DNA from: Epithemia pelagica
Taxonomy: Eukaryota > Protista > Bacillariophyta
Reading direction: 5' to 3'
Assembly: GCA_946965045.2 (NCBI GenBank)
Contig: OX337240.1
Coordinates: 1,240,001 to 1,304,000 of the forward strand
DNA length: 64,000 nucleotides
Position 1 is the first letter of the stretch. Each line of letters opens with the position of its first letter. Made by a program: the position numbers and the translations under genes. Shown piece after piece: positions 43,883 through 55,488 of the stretch. The notes under the pieces are model-generated. The model was not told where the DNA came from. It ran no database searches and saw nothing but the letters and a program-made list of their open reading frames with translations.

Positions 43883-44845
43883 TCAAAGGGGAAAAAGCCA
43901 GGCGAGATCATGTACGACTTGGCATGTACGAAAAACACGTCCAACACAGCAGATACCACGTTTACGTAGAATTCCACGTAGATTTTGGCTCTGGAACGCG
44001 GGTGTTGGATGGAGTTGCAGGTGGAAGAGCGCGGCCGTCGAAGCCACTGCCACGTGATACCGAGCACGGGCTTGCAAAGCGATATCGGCAATATCATACG
44101 AGATGTTTGCTGGCTGTCCAGTGTTCTGGTTGGAATTCGTGTCGTCACCGTTTGCCTTGGTTGCCAGGGTAGATTGATTCGACATTGTAGTGGCACTGTT
44201 ATTCTTTAGAACGGTTTCAATTCCCTGTGGCCATTCAGTAGTAAGAAGCAAGTCACATCCCCGATACGATACGTGTTGTAAGTTTTGCATCAGTTCCTTG
44301 ACTTGATCGGAATCGGATCGCAAATGACTAGGACATGCAGCCACCACCAATTCACGTTTCTTGCGTCCATTGATGCTTCTTCCAATGGGGAGACTCCAAA
44401 CACTGGCCCGATGAGGACTTGATTGGTTTCGCAAAATATATAAATTGGGATACACCTTTAGAAGAAAATCAGGATCTTGTGATTGTTCTTGTGAGTCGTC
44501 GACGGTTGGTTGCGAATCGCCTCCGCCACTCTCTGTTGGTTTCTCTGGTTCATGTCCCTGATCGATAAGTGTGTTGATGGATTCCAATGGTTCTTGCAAA
44601 AATACGGGGAGTGGCAACGAGGTATTGTCCTTGTCTGTAGTGCTTTGCTCTTGCTTCTTCTTCTTCAAGAGGTGGATTAACGGCAACACATGACAAGATC
44701 CAACACAAAAGGCAGCATCAAAAGGCCCGGCTTTACTCGCTTGCAAGGCCAACAACTTCTCACAGAAGGGTTCTATCTGACTACCAATCGAACCAAACAA
44801 CAATATTTTCAGCTTTTGATCAGAAGTGCTTTTGCTGCTGGACAT
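43883..44845 (-). CDS. CWF19: CWF19-like (CWF19L1) N-terminal metallophosphoesterase-like domain, apparently lacking the C-terminal CwfJ domains
   Basis: KILLFGS...KAGPFDAAFCVG; GCDLLLTTEWPQGI; ARYHV; similarity stops after RYHVAV. Confidence 0.7.
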   Translation of the reverse strand: MSSSKSTSDQKLKILLFGSIGSQIEPFCEKLLALQASKAGPFDAAFCVGSCHVLPLIHLLKKKKQEQSTTDKDNTSLPLPVFLQEPLESINTLIDQGHEPEKPTESGGGDSQPTVDDSQEQSQDPDFLLKVYPNLYILRNQSSPHRASVWSLPIGRSINGRKKRELVVAACPSHLRSDSDQVKELMQNLQHVSYRGCDLLLTTEWPQGIETVLKNNSATTMSNQSTLATKANGDDTNSNQNTGQPANISYDIADIALQARARYHVAVASTAALFHLQLHPTPAFQSQNLRGILRKRGICCVGRVFRTCQVVHDLAWLFPL

Positions 44846-44985
44846 GGTTGTAGGAGTATGGTTTCATTTCGATCGACCAAATGAAAGTTTGGAAAGGAGG
44901 AGAAGAAAATTAACAGCGACCCATAAGCGACTTTTCAAAAGCGACCAACCTCTTTTTGCACAAAAAAGATCCGATTCAGATTGCG

Positions 44986-46269
44986 ATGAAGAGGCATCAA
45001 TGGAGAACATGTTTCACTCCTTTATCTTGGAAATGTAGATCCCCAACACATTCTTATCCATTGCCAAGTGCCTCAGGAAGGTCCTACTATACCAAGGCTC
45101 AAATCCTGGGCCCCGTCACGCCAGTTACAAGGAAAGGATACTCACTACCATTGGTGGCACGAGATGAAGAACATTCGCGGCGAAGAGAACGACGATTTGC
45201 CCGTCATTTGGACCGTCCTACGATTCTGTTTTCGAACAATCATGTGTTGGCGGTGCACAAACCACCAGGATGGCATTCCGTACCCAATACTCGCAAGACT
45301 CGTCACACAAGTCATGAACAACCGGATCCACGGAATAGTAAACAATGCCTCTTGACATACTGTCAAGAACAGAACTGGGGTGGAGGAAGTCAAGGGCAGT
45401 TTCTGTTGCCATTGCATCGACTAGACCAACCGTGTTCGGGTGTCTTGCTTTTCGGAAAAACGAGCAAAGCTGCGAGTCGAATCCAAACCCAATGGCAACA
45501 AATACGCAAAATTTATCATTGCGTTGTCTACGCTCGTCATATTCCAAGCTTAATTGCGGCTTCCAATCTCCTTGACGACACAAAGACAAGGGAGATTAAT
45601 CATGACGATGAAATGGCATTGCATGGAAGTACCGATTCGTCCACCATCCCTCACCGTTCAGTAGATTCCTCAACCGAGTATAAGCTGTCGGGAATTCTGT
45701 TGCCACACCCTCAAGAGCAACGGACGGTACAAATGGAACCAGTTCTTCGCACCGGTTGGTCCACACAAAGCGTATCAAGTGACAAGGGGCAAGTCTGCTC
45801 TCTGACATGGAAAGAACTGCCCATATTGTCGTCGTCTTCCTCCTCCTCCTCACCATATGTGGTTCTTCAAATTACCACTCATCAAGGCCGACGTCACATG
45901 ATTCGGGCCTTGCTGGGACAAGTGGCCATGTGTCCTGTCATGGGAGATGTTCGATACGACAGTGGCTTGACAAAACGGCCCTTGCCGGACCAATCGGTGG
46001 CCTTGCATGCGTCTCGACTCGTGTTACCAGAACAATTGCGATTGGGAACATCCAAACCTCTCTTCGGTGCTTCTTCTTGTCGTGACGACGACGATCATGA
46101 GGATGACGACGACGACCACACGAGGGCCAGTATTCGTAGTGAAAGCGCCCACCCACCGGCGCCGTCGTTATCCTCACCCTTGGCAGGCCTTTCCCTCACA
46201 GCACCTCCACCGCGCAACTGGAACCAATTCTTTGGTGTTGAGCTCTGGTCGTCCCGTTTTATGCCATAA
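44986..46269 (+). CDS. RluA-family RNA pseudouridine synthase
   Basis: LAVHKPPGW, catalytic HRLD, GVLLFGK, GRRHMIR...PVMGDVRY, LHASRL. Confidence 0.9.
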   Translation: MKRHQWRTCFTPLSWKCRSPTHSYPLPSASGRSYYTKAQILGPVTPVTRKGYSLPLVARDEEHSRRRERRFARHLDRPTILFSNNHVLAVHKPPGWHSVPNTRKTRHTSHEQPDPRNSKQCLLTYCQEQNWGGGSQGQFLLPLHRLDQPCSGVLLFGKTSKAASRIQTQWQQIRKIYHCVVYARHIPSLIAASNLLDDTKTREINHDDEMALHGSTDSSTIPHRSVDSSTEYKLSGILLPHPQEQRTVQMEPVLRTGWSTQSVSSDKGQVCSLTWKELPILSSSSSSSSPYVVLQITTHQGRRHMIRALLGQVAMCPVMGDVRYDSGLTKRPLPDQSVALHASRLVLPEQLRLGTSKPLFGASSCRDDDDHEDDDDDHTRASIRSESAHPPAPSLSSPLAGLSLTAPPPRNWNQFFGVELWSSRFMP

Positions 46270-46806
46270 TGATGGCATGATATACCAACACAATTTACGA
46301 CATGTCTAGCTACACAATTCTAGTGCCTGATAGGTTTTCTAGTCCATCACGAGCGACAAAAGAGAAGGAGCGAGATGGTCAATCCAACTAAACTAAGGGA
46401 TTTTGTCATTCATATGTTTTTACGACGTGATGCACAGGAACTCGGCCCATGAAATGACATTCTGACCTTTGTGATCCCGTCGTGTTGTGCTCACAGAGGA
46501 TCAATATTTTCAATTTACTGGTTCTATCTTTGTGCAGTGGCTGTCAGCGATTAAGTCGAACCATGAATTGAATACTGTGTGCAAACTCAACCGATTATGG
46601 AACAATAGGTCCTTTCATCAATAGCTCGAAATAAGTTGGGAACAGTATGCCATCTCTTTCATCGATAACGCAATCTTTGGTACCACGCAAACCACGATTT
46701 AGCTGGCCGAACTGGATCCAATGAATGGCGTAGAAAACAGCGAGTAGGTGAAAAGAATAGCTAAGGAGCCAAGAAAAAGTCGGGGATGGAGGTGGAGAAA
46801 GGGCAT

Positions 46807-48003
46807 TCACTTTACTTCACCATGACAGTTGTAACGAGTCCCAGCACGAGGATAGAAAATTTCACCATCATTGCTAGTCTGCTTTTCGAAACGAAGACGA
46901 ACCGTTGCAGCATTATCATCTGCGGATCTGTATCCAGCGAAATGGAGATGGTCCTCCGGAGAAAAGCCTGGTCAAGGAGGGTTGAAAAGGTAAGGAAACT
47001 CCACTTTGGGAGGTAAATCATCCACGTACTACTTACCAATTCCACCAGAAGTTCCAATAATCTGCCCTTTCGAAACTCGATTTCCAACCTTAACCTGACA
47101 AGAGGAAATATGAACATATTCCACGAATAATGCGTCCACAACCGTCGCATTGTGTTCAGTGTCCGCCGCGGCCTTTTCTTTCCCCCCTGATTGAGAGGAC
47201 GATAAAGGCACACTTGGTAGAGGATCTAGCCGAAGAAGAATTGAATTCCACGAAAACAGGTTAGAGACAGCAATGCCTGAAAGGTGTTCATGTTTGTCTT
47301 GAGCTTGCACCACCTCTCCGTCACCAACCGCCAGGAGTGGCGTCCCTTTGGGACACTGAAAATCGATTGCATGTTGATTTCCTGCAAAGAAGTGAGTCAG
47401 ATGCCCTCCTTCTCCTTGGGTACATAAGAAAGGCCCACCCTGAAGAGGGAACCCAATTGGCTGTTCATGCTCATCATCAGGTTTGGTATGACGATTCCAT
47501 ACCTGCACATCGGAATCAATTTGTAGGTCTTGAATCACTGTCGACGGAGAAGAAGCATCCATGTCCACATAGCACAAATGTGCGAACGTATAGGCCGGGC
47601 ATAGAATAATCAACGTTGTACATGGAGTTTGCTGGCCCTCCTTGTCTGTGGTTGATCCTTGCTTCAATGAAATCCCATTCTTTCCTCTCAGTGCGTTTCC
47701 ATACACTGTGATATAAGCAACGACAGGATCCTCCCGCAAATTGCATAGCGTAAGCGTCTGTTCATCTGGATCAACGGCCAAATCTGGTACTCCTTCGGTT
47801 TCATCAATCTCATATTCATCGGGATGAACCGACTCCCATTCCAATACCCATGAAGCGTTGCCGTGTTCGATTCGAGCAATATGACAACCTGGACCAGCCT
47901 CCCGGACAAAATTCCAACTTGCCTCCGACGGTTGGGGATGATTGCTTCCCCGAGACTTGCCTCCCTTTTTGCTCTTTTTATTGCTGCTTCGTCTCGGACC
48001 CAT
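46807..48003 (-). CDS. Peptidase M23 (LytM-fold) domain protein; intron 46968-47036
   Basis: HAIDFQCPKGTPLLAVGDGEV; EYVHI...VKVGNRVSKGQIIGTSGGI; splicing GTAAGT...GACCAG gives GFSPEDHLHF (HxH zinc motif). Confidence 0.85.
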
Positions 48004-48059
48004 GCGAAAGCAACATTGACTGGCAAATTCGACACTCGACAAGGTAGACACACAGAGTG

Positions 48060-48108
48060 TATGGGATATGGGATATGGGATATGGGATATGGGATATGGG
48101 ATATGGGA
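48060..48108. repeat. (TATGGGA)7 heptamer tandem repeat; (GTCA)n tract nearby at about 48162-48188
   Basis: Seven perfect copies read directly. Confidence 0.95.
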
Positions 48109-48734
48109 TGTGAAGTGTCATGGAGCTAACTGAATACCCGGGTTAATATTATCTGTACCGACAGTCAGTCAGTCAGTAAGTCAGTCAGTATACCTACAAT
48201 CTCGTGCAATGCATGCGATAACCGTCCTTTTCTAGTTAACCAAACTTTAGACAATAGCCCTTCGTAGTTCCCACTGATAAAACGTTCTCACATGAAATAA
48301 CGGACTCTCCATATATTTTTATAGTATTGCCCAAACGAGTACATCGGACATGATTCCAACATAATCTTGTAAAGCGAATTTCTTTTAGGAACGAAAAGCG
48401 CCGGCCAGTTTTCGTTGCATTAGCGATCTTTCAGAGACAGGACTCCAAACGAATCCACGCATCAGGATGCAATAACACAATTGGACTAATTGGAGTTGCG
48501 TATTACAACGCTTCGTTGACAAGCGATTCTGGTGCGACGGGATAAAAGAGAAGCAGAAGTATTGAGGAAAGTGACAAACAGAGAGAAAGCCAATGATCCA
48601 ACTTGCATAGATCGAAAGGAGACGACAAACGACGCACCCTCCAAGCAATCTGCACCCTCCATCTTACATCCCTCAACACATACGTTGCAGCACAAGGAAC
48701 CCTATTCCCATTTCTTTTTCACCCTTCAACAACC

Positions 48735-50276
48735 ATGCCAGCCCTAGAGCAGCTCTCTGACCAGTCTCTGATGAGAAGAGACGCTGAGACCGACCCGTTC
48801 CACTTTCTGTCGATGTGCCTCAATGCATCGAAGGAGAGTTTGTTGGAAGACCTTTCTAGTGAGAGCTTTTCATTTGAAGAACCGGCGTACGAGAGTCGCC
48901 CTACCGCTTCGCGAGTCTTTCAACAATCCAAAGGAAACCATGAATTGAACGCAAGGCCTCATTATTTGCCCGTGGTCTCTAGAGGTGACGTACGCTCTGC
49001 AAAACGAAATATGAGACTTGCACTGGAAAAGTCTCAGCCATTCAGTTCATCTGCAAGCATTCGTAGGAATGAAGATGATTTGAGCTTCGTTTTCATGTCA
49101 CACCCTGCAGAAGATGCCACACTTTCGACAAGTAGTCAAGGTTCCAGTTCGCTCCAAGAGTCTGTATGCAACATCAGTGCAACGCACAGAGAGTTAAAAA
49201 CCCTTGAGTATTATACACCACGCATCATCAGCAACAAGAATTGCCTCAGTGCTCGGAATCGAGACCCTGCCGCATTTGTTTGTTGTGAATGCAGCCGTTC
49301 AGCCCCCCTGCAACCCACATATAATCCATGTCATAACACGACCAGAACAGATGTGCCTCACGAACTTTTAGTGAGTTCATCTGCCCATCTGTCTGAAACC
49401 GAAGCTACAACTCCCACTCCCAGTTATCTGTCACCTCTCTCTTCGTCTCATGGCAGTATCCCCGCATCCTCTCCTGTATCATTGAGTTTGCCATCACTGG
49501 AAAATTCACTGGATCTCCCATCGTTCGATTTCAGTCCTTCCAAACTCCAGAACAACGTGCATGAGGAGTCGTCATCTTGTTCTGTGCTACGCCACGGAGG
49601 CGGTTCTGCTACAGAACAGCATTACCGGGCTGACCTGACGACGACATACTCTATTTCAGTTTCAGAATCTACAGAAGAAGCCGAATCACTGTCCCTCTCT
49701 TCTGTGTCCTATGCACTAGAGGAACAGCAGCACGTTGACCAAATTTGCAGCTCTACCGACCTCATGAGAAGATCAATGTTAGATCTTGTCCGAAATCAGC
49801 AATCTACGGACAAATCATTTGCCCAAGGCATTGAAGACGAGCTTCATAACATGCCCAAGATCAAGGAATCCGGTATCGATATGAAGGATATGACGTGGAA
49901 AGAATACTCTCAAGTCAAAGTGAATTTGTTGCTAAAGCAACTATTGAATTCCGCGTATGTCAGTATTTGCTCCACCATGTCCTACGAGCTGTGGACTGCA
50001 TGGATTGTTCTATATATGAACATCTCGTCATCATTCAGCCCGAGAAAGGGTTTGTTTATGATTGTGGCGATGCTGGGGATTGCCATGTCTCTGTTATGGC
50101 TGTTAGCCATTACAAACCAAGATACCAAGCGAACCTTTCAGTTTTCAGCCACTTCATGTTGGGATGGTTTTATCCAGGCTAATGCTGCTCACTCAGATTT
50201 TGATTCGATGAATCACCTTAATGAGCAACGAGAATTTCACTTTCCTTCGCACATGGATATGTTTGATCGGCTGTAA
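48735..50276 (+). CDS. Hypothetical Ser-rich protein with C-terminal hydrophobic (TM) segments
   Basis: Long ORF; probable ATG 48735; GLFMIVAMLGIAMSLLWLLAI. Confidence 0.7.
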   Translation: MPALEQLSDQSLMRRDAETDPFHFLSMCLNASKESLLEDLSSESFSFEEPAYESRPTASRVFQQSKGNHELNARPHYLPVVSRGDVRSAKRNMRLALEKSQPFSSSASIRRNEDDLSFVFMSHPAEDATLSTSSQGSSSLQESVCNISATHRELKTLEYYTPRIISNKNCLSARNRDPAAFVCCECSRSAPLQPTYNPCHNTTRTDVPHELLVSSSAHLSETEATTPTPSYLSPLSSSHGSIPASSPVSLSLPSLENSLDLPSFDFSPSKLQNNVHEESSSCSVLRHGGGSATEQHYRADLTTTYSISVSESTEEAESLSLSSVSYALEEQQHVDQICSSTDLMRRSMLDLVRNQQSTDKSFAQGIEDELHNMPKIKESGIDMKDMTWKEYSQVKVNLLLKQLLNSAYVSICSTMSYELWTAWIVLYMNISSSFSPRKGLFMIVAMLGIAMSLLWLLAITNQDTKRTFQFSATSCWDGFIQANAAHSDFDSMNHLNEQREFHFPSHMDMFDRL

Positions 50277-51137
50277 GGGGGTTAAAGCATTTGCCGCGTT
50301 ATACATTCATGCACGTGTCCATTGAAATTGTATATCACAACATGTCGAAGTTGCTTTATTGGAGAATGCATTTCTCCACTTCCCGTTTTCACTATCCAAC
50401 AAAAATACATGAACAGCTTCTTCTCTGGATTTTATCACAACCACATGGAAGCATTTAGATGTAGAGGCAATCAGAAGAGCCGTATGATTGCTTGGCTTTC
50501 GAATGCCTCTGCTCCCCATGTTCTGAGTTTCGCAAAGTATCCTCCTACAAACTGAGACTCCATAAGACTAGATATCTTGCTATTTAACATAAATAAATCC
50601 ATCGTTGCCCGATTTCAACGTAGAATTCTTTGGCTTTCTTCCGCTATTTTCATGTTGAGCACATGAACATGTGCGCAGCATCGATCGACTAACAGAGCAA
50701 ATGGGTCATGCTTCCAACAAGAGACATGAATGATTTCATATACAAGGTAATCTACCATGAGATGTAGTTATGCGTTCTATCAAGACAATATGATCCTTCC
50801 TCAGTGTGGGTGCCAAGCGTTTGTAAATATGTATAATATGTTGTATCTTTCAAGGCTTACTCAATCGTCAACTATATTCCAACTACGACAGTTGGATGGC
50901 CAATAAGCTCAGAGCATGTACGGTTCACAGCTTTTCGGACTGGGTTACCAATAGGGCAACATCCACCAGACTGCTTCTGTTGGTATGCGCACTGAAGAAT
51001 CTTCGTCGACTCTGAAACTTTTCCCCGTAAATTCAATAATCTCGGTATTCGGGATGCAGTGTTGTGACCGGCCTACGCATTTGTCAATCATGTAACCTTC
51101 ACTGAGCACGTACCAAATTCAAACCTCGAATACTTCC

Positions 51138-52070
51138 CTAACCAATGAGATCACGTAACTTGTTGACGGGTAGAACATAGTCTAATCCAGGCCATTCAGG
51201 TCCACCATCTCCTTCGTCTTGATCAATGAGTCGATCATTCTCATTGTCTTCCGTTGTATCCTTTCCTCGTGCTTCTCCCAAATCTCGTCGACGACGAATG
51301 CGTCCTTCTGTTTTGATCATTTCGTTAATGGTAGAATCCTGTAACAAGGGGTCCAGGGTTCGTTTTGCCGCTCGAATCTCCCGAACGCGATTGTACGCGT
51401 AGACATCGTGGCACACCGGAAAGACAAAGGACGAAGTCGCCACAGCATTTTTTACGTGCGCTTTGCGTATCACATTTTCCCGAAAATCAACACCTACAAC
51501 TCCCACCCATTCTTCAAGCGGTGCCTGTTCGGATGGTTGATCCACGTTTTCAGCAACTGATGTATTTCGCGCCATTGCCGTGGTACTTTCGGTAGATGTG
51601 GAAGTTTTTGACTTGATAATTTTTGGCATTGGAATTCCCTCGTCCCAGTATTCCTCTCGCAGCCGTTTGGGTGGTCGTTTCCTTTCTGGTTCCTCCTTTT
51701 TACGCCCTTTGTCGGACTTGGAAGCAGTTGATGTGGTGCCGCCGGTTGCATCGGCCGATGCAGGTTTGGGAACTGAAAATGGAGGGGGCTTTGGGGGCAA
51801 TCGATACCTAGGAAAGGATGGGGGAGGAACATGGAAGACTTCTGGATGATCCAAGAAGGTGAAATGAGAGTCCAGACTGGCATCGACTAGTTTTTCAATA
51901 TATTGCGCCGTCAAACAGGAAACCAAATGGACCGTCTCCGGATTCACCTGGGAGGGAACTACATCTCCTGATCCATGAAGTAACAATGGCACATCAGTCA
52001 TGAGCGCTTCCACAATTGATGAAAAAGAATTTTCGCGAGCTTTGCTTCTGGCGTCTACATTGGATGTCAT
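51138..52070 (-). CDS. TAF13/Spt3-like histone-fold protein (TFIID-18kDa family)
   Basis: LMTDVPLLLHGSGDVVPSQVNPETVHLVSCLTAQYIEKLVDAS resembles the TAF13 histone fold (MYGFGD...ESVDILEDLVIEFI). Confidence 0.6.
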   Translation of the reverse strand: MTSNVDARSKARENSFSSIVEALMTDVPLLLHGSGDVVPSQVNPETVHLVSCLTAQYIEKLVDASLDSHFTFLDHPEVFHVPPPSFPRYRLPPKPPPFSVPKPASADATGGTTSTASKSDKGRKKEEPERKRPPKRLREEYWDEGIPMPKIIKSKTSTSTESTTAMARNTSVAENVDQPSEQAPLEEWVGVVGVDFRENVIRKAHVKNAVATSSFVFPVCHDVYAYNRVREIRAAKRTLDPLLQDSTINEMIKTEGRIRRRRDLGEARGKDTTEDNENDRLIDQDEGDGGPEWPGLDYVLPVNKLRDLIG

Positions 52071-52356
52071 GTCTGTAAACTGTTTTGCGTCGTCGTCGTC
52101 GACACAACTGAGATTGGGTAGAAATGAACACAAAAAAAGAAAAAGAGCCCCACTTTCTTTCCCCTTTTCATAAAGGGGCCCACAAAATCAACTTCACTGC
52201 CCCCAGATGGGCAGGCTCTCTCATCGTCGCGCGCCAAATGGAGAGAGGAGAGAGGACCACAAAGAGCAGAACATCTCATGTTGTATTCGAAATAAAAAAG
52301 TGACGTTGTTCTATTATCATCTTTATCACTGATGCTATCTGCTATCGCCGGCAGAT

Positions 52357-53394
52357 CTACTTGCAAAAATACAGTGACGTCTTGCCAATAGATTTTCCCG
52401 AGGCTTGTATCTCCAAAGCCTTGCGCAAATTGGCCGCATTCAACTCCATGGAATTGGTTTGACGACTGGGCAAGCTTCCGTCGTCCAACAACTGGGAAAG
52501 TTTCGCCAAAATATCATGTTGCCTCTTCGACTCTTGGTTCTTGAGACCGGGACGGGTGAACATGAGGACGGCCGAAAAGTTGACTGACTTCCAAAAGAGT
52601 TGAAACAAATCAACGGTGGCCGAAGGCCAAATACTACAAATGCCTCCAAAGGGCTTGATGAGACCGACAAACTCGGTGAAGAGATCTTCTGTCAAGTCGA
52701 CCGTGTGCAAAATGTAGTCGACTTCTTCGATTCCAAGCTCCTTGATTTGAGTTGTCATGTTTTCACGGTGATTGATGACATGATGGGCTCCCATTTGACG
52801 GACAAAGTCTCGAGATTCATCGCGTGATGCTGTGGCAATCACGGTAAGACCCAAGACTTTGGAGGCCAGAGCAATGGCAGCTGTGGCAACACCACCAGCT
52901 CCTCCTGTAATGAGAATGGTTTTCCCCATATTGTCTTGTTTGTTGGGCGACACCTTGAGTTGATCGTAAATGGCTTCCCAGGCGGTCAATGAGGTGAGAG
53001 GTTCAGAGGCAGCTTGACTCCAGGATAGACTGGCTGGCTTTGGGCCCACAATACGTTCATCGACCAAGGCATATTCGGCAAATGCACCTGGCCGGAAAAA
53101 ATCCCCAGCAAACATGACCTCATCACCCACTTTGAATAAGGAGGCTTGCTCTCCTACTTGCTCGACAATTCCTGCAGCATCCCATCCCACGACGAGTGGA
53201 TCTGTTCCTTCAAAGGGCTCGGTGTGTTTTCCGAGATTTCCCAATCGTTTGTAGTCAATGGGATTTGTTGCTACCGCTTTGACTCGGATGAGGAGATCAT
53301 GTCCTGTAGGGGAAGCGGGCTTTTCCATTTCGACTTGGTTGAGTGCAGACAAGTCTCCGACAGGTTTGTATTCGGTAATGGCAAAGGATTTCAT
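52357..53394 (-). CDS. MDR-superfamily zinc-binding alcohol dehydrogenase-like / quinone oxidoreductase
   Basis: DLLIRVKAVATNPIDYK, VVGWDAAGIVE, AEYALVDERIV, EPLTSLTAWE, nucleotide-binding GGAGGV; intronless. Confidence 0.92.
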   Translation of the reverse strand: MKSFAITEYKPVGDLSALNQVEMEKPASPTGHDLLIRVKAVATNPIDYKRLGNLGKHTEPFEGTDPLVVGWDAAGIVEQVGEQASLFKVGDEVMFAGDFFRPGAFAEYALVDERIVGPKPASLSWSQAASEPLTSLTAWEAIYDQLKVSPNKQDNMGKTILITGGAGGVATAAIALASKVLGLTVIATASRDESRDFVRQMGAHHVINHRENMTTQIKELGIEEVDYILHTVDLTEDLFTEFVGLIKPFGGICSIWPSATVDLFQLFWKSVNFSAVLMFTRPGLKNQESKRQHDILAKLSQLLDDGSLPSRQTNSMELNAANLRKALEIQASGKSIGKTSLYFCK

Positions 53395-54914
53395 GCGTGT
53401 TTTTTTTGTTGTGTTCGGTTTTTGATTTGTATGATTTTGTTTTTGTGAGAGCAAACGACAAACGACCTATCGGTTTGAAGATCGTTTCTGGAATGAACTC
53501 GGAAGACACTTCGCATACAATTTTGTAGAGTGTACACTAGCACAAGTGGCTTAATCGAATTCGGAAGATGAAATGCACTGATTTTTCTATAGTGTACAGT
53601 CTTTGAAATTACGCCCATTGAAGAACTCGAAAGACAACCCTCCGACTAGGTGTCCGCTTCTTAGCCCCCCAGCCGCTCTCCGCGACCAACCATTTTAATT
53701 TTGGTTTTTTTGCGTTTTTGAAGAAAATTTCGGGTCAAAATGAAAATGATCACGCCGGCCTTCTGGATCACCGTTTTGAAATTTTGTGAGCAGGCGTGCG
53801 CACTTTGACCGTTGGTCTTCCCCATTCTTGATTGTCGTCCTAAGTTGCGACCCACATTATTTTCACTACGCACCTTTTGACATGGATAATGGACATGCAC
53901 CATCACAATGCATTCTCCATCATCTGCACACCATGGACATTTGACATATAGAGACCATAGATAGTGTTTTGCTCTACCCCATCCTTTCTTTGTTTTTTCT
54001 AGGAGAAGTGTGGTTGTTTCTAGTGTTTGTGTCCGTTTAAAAGTGGACCCTCCTCCACAACACCGTGCCGTTGCCGTAGGCTTGTCTCTTTGCAACCACA
54101 TACAGTCCTATTTTAGAATACGTCTCTTTCTAGTTGCGTTATGGAGCATATAGAGTGTAGAGTCCCTTGCACTGCTGGGAAAGACAAGTCATGCTCATGG
54201 CAACAAAAAAAGAACAACAGGAGCAGGTCGACATCACAATCCACTATAGACCCAAACTGAGCGACAGCAGAGGAAAAATGGATGGCTTCCTCCAATTATC
54301 CTACCTACTCCTAATTGAGGTCTATAGCTCTATTTTGTCCTATAAGATTCCTACAAATGATGCCAGCAGCCCCACATGGCATCGACCAAAATGGATGTTA
54401 CATGGCACAAACAAATGACACACTATGGCAACTGGCAACGTAGTGAGAGCCTACAACTAAACATTGTCCATTCCAATGCAAGTATTAGCCATTCCAGAAC
54501 TTACCATGATGGATGTGCAGTGACAAAGATGAGATGAGATGGCCAGGGACGAAGCATGCCGTTTTTGGTGTTGGTTTGGTCATTGCCTCGTTTTGTTGCC
54601 TGCATCGATTTTGTGACCCGTGAACTCACTCAGAACACTATTTTGAGTCTTGTTGAGCAGAACGCCTGCCATCTTCCAACTGTCACATCACGCCAGCCTT
54701 TCCACCGATGGATGTGAAATTTCCATTCATTTTTTTGTCTGTGAGATTGGGTTTGTCTTGCCCGAACAGACGAGCTAAGAAGCGGACATCTAGTCGGAGG
54801 GTACAATTATCAAGAGTCTGCTCCTTATTATACACTACTATAACTTTTACTCTTGAACTTTTTGGATGTGGAATCTGGAATCAGCCTGAGCAGCATACAA
54901 TGGCCAGAGCTGTG

Positions 54915-55245
54915 AAGTAACAAAGTACCATTTTTCTCAAAGTACCCTACTTTCCTACTTTACTTCGAAGTACTTTCAATTAATGAAGTAAAGTACACCT
55001 TTTCTTTGAGTACTACTTTCGGTACCCCAAGTAACACCACCCCTTTTTTCCCAGTATATCATAGTACGTAAGTAAAGTACCCCCTTTTCTCAGCCATTCC
55101 TTAAAGTATACAAGTACTTCCATAGTCACCTTACTTTGATACTTAAAGTATCAAAGTACACCACCCCGTTCCTAATTGACTACTTAAAGTACCAAAGTAA
55201 AGTACCAGTAAGACGTATTGTCAGAAATTAAGTAGGAAGTAACAC
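54915..55245. repeat. Left subterminal AAGTA(C) motif array of the hAT element
   Basis: Many AAGTA/AAGTAC/AGTACT copies, e.g. aaagtaccaaagtaaagtaccagtaag. Confidence 0.85.
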
Positions 55246-55488
55246 CTCATCTCACTGTCAAAATACTTTCTATGACCATAACACACACTCAACACACATT
55301 GGTTTGTCTATTTTTCCAAACGCACACACACAACAGATGAGGATAAGTTTCATTTTGCACTTTGCACCTCTCGGGACATGGTTTGGTTTTCTTCTCTACA
55401 ACAATCAGACAGTTTTGTTTTGTTTTGGAATCTCTATTCGTATTGTTTTGGATATCCTGTTCTCATTACCTTCTTTCAACGATTAACC

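Noticed and set aside
48060-48108. Interstitial telomere
   Set aside because: The unit TATGGGA does not match TTAGGG-type telomeric repeats
53661-54920. Short ORFs between the MDR gene and the hAT element
   Set aside because: No motifs or coding-like composition; treated as intergenic
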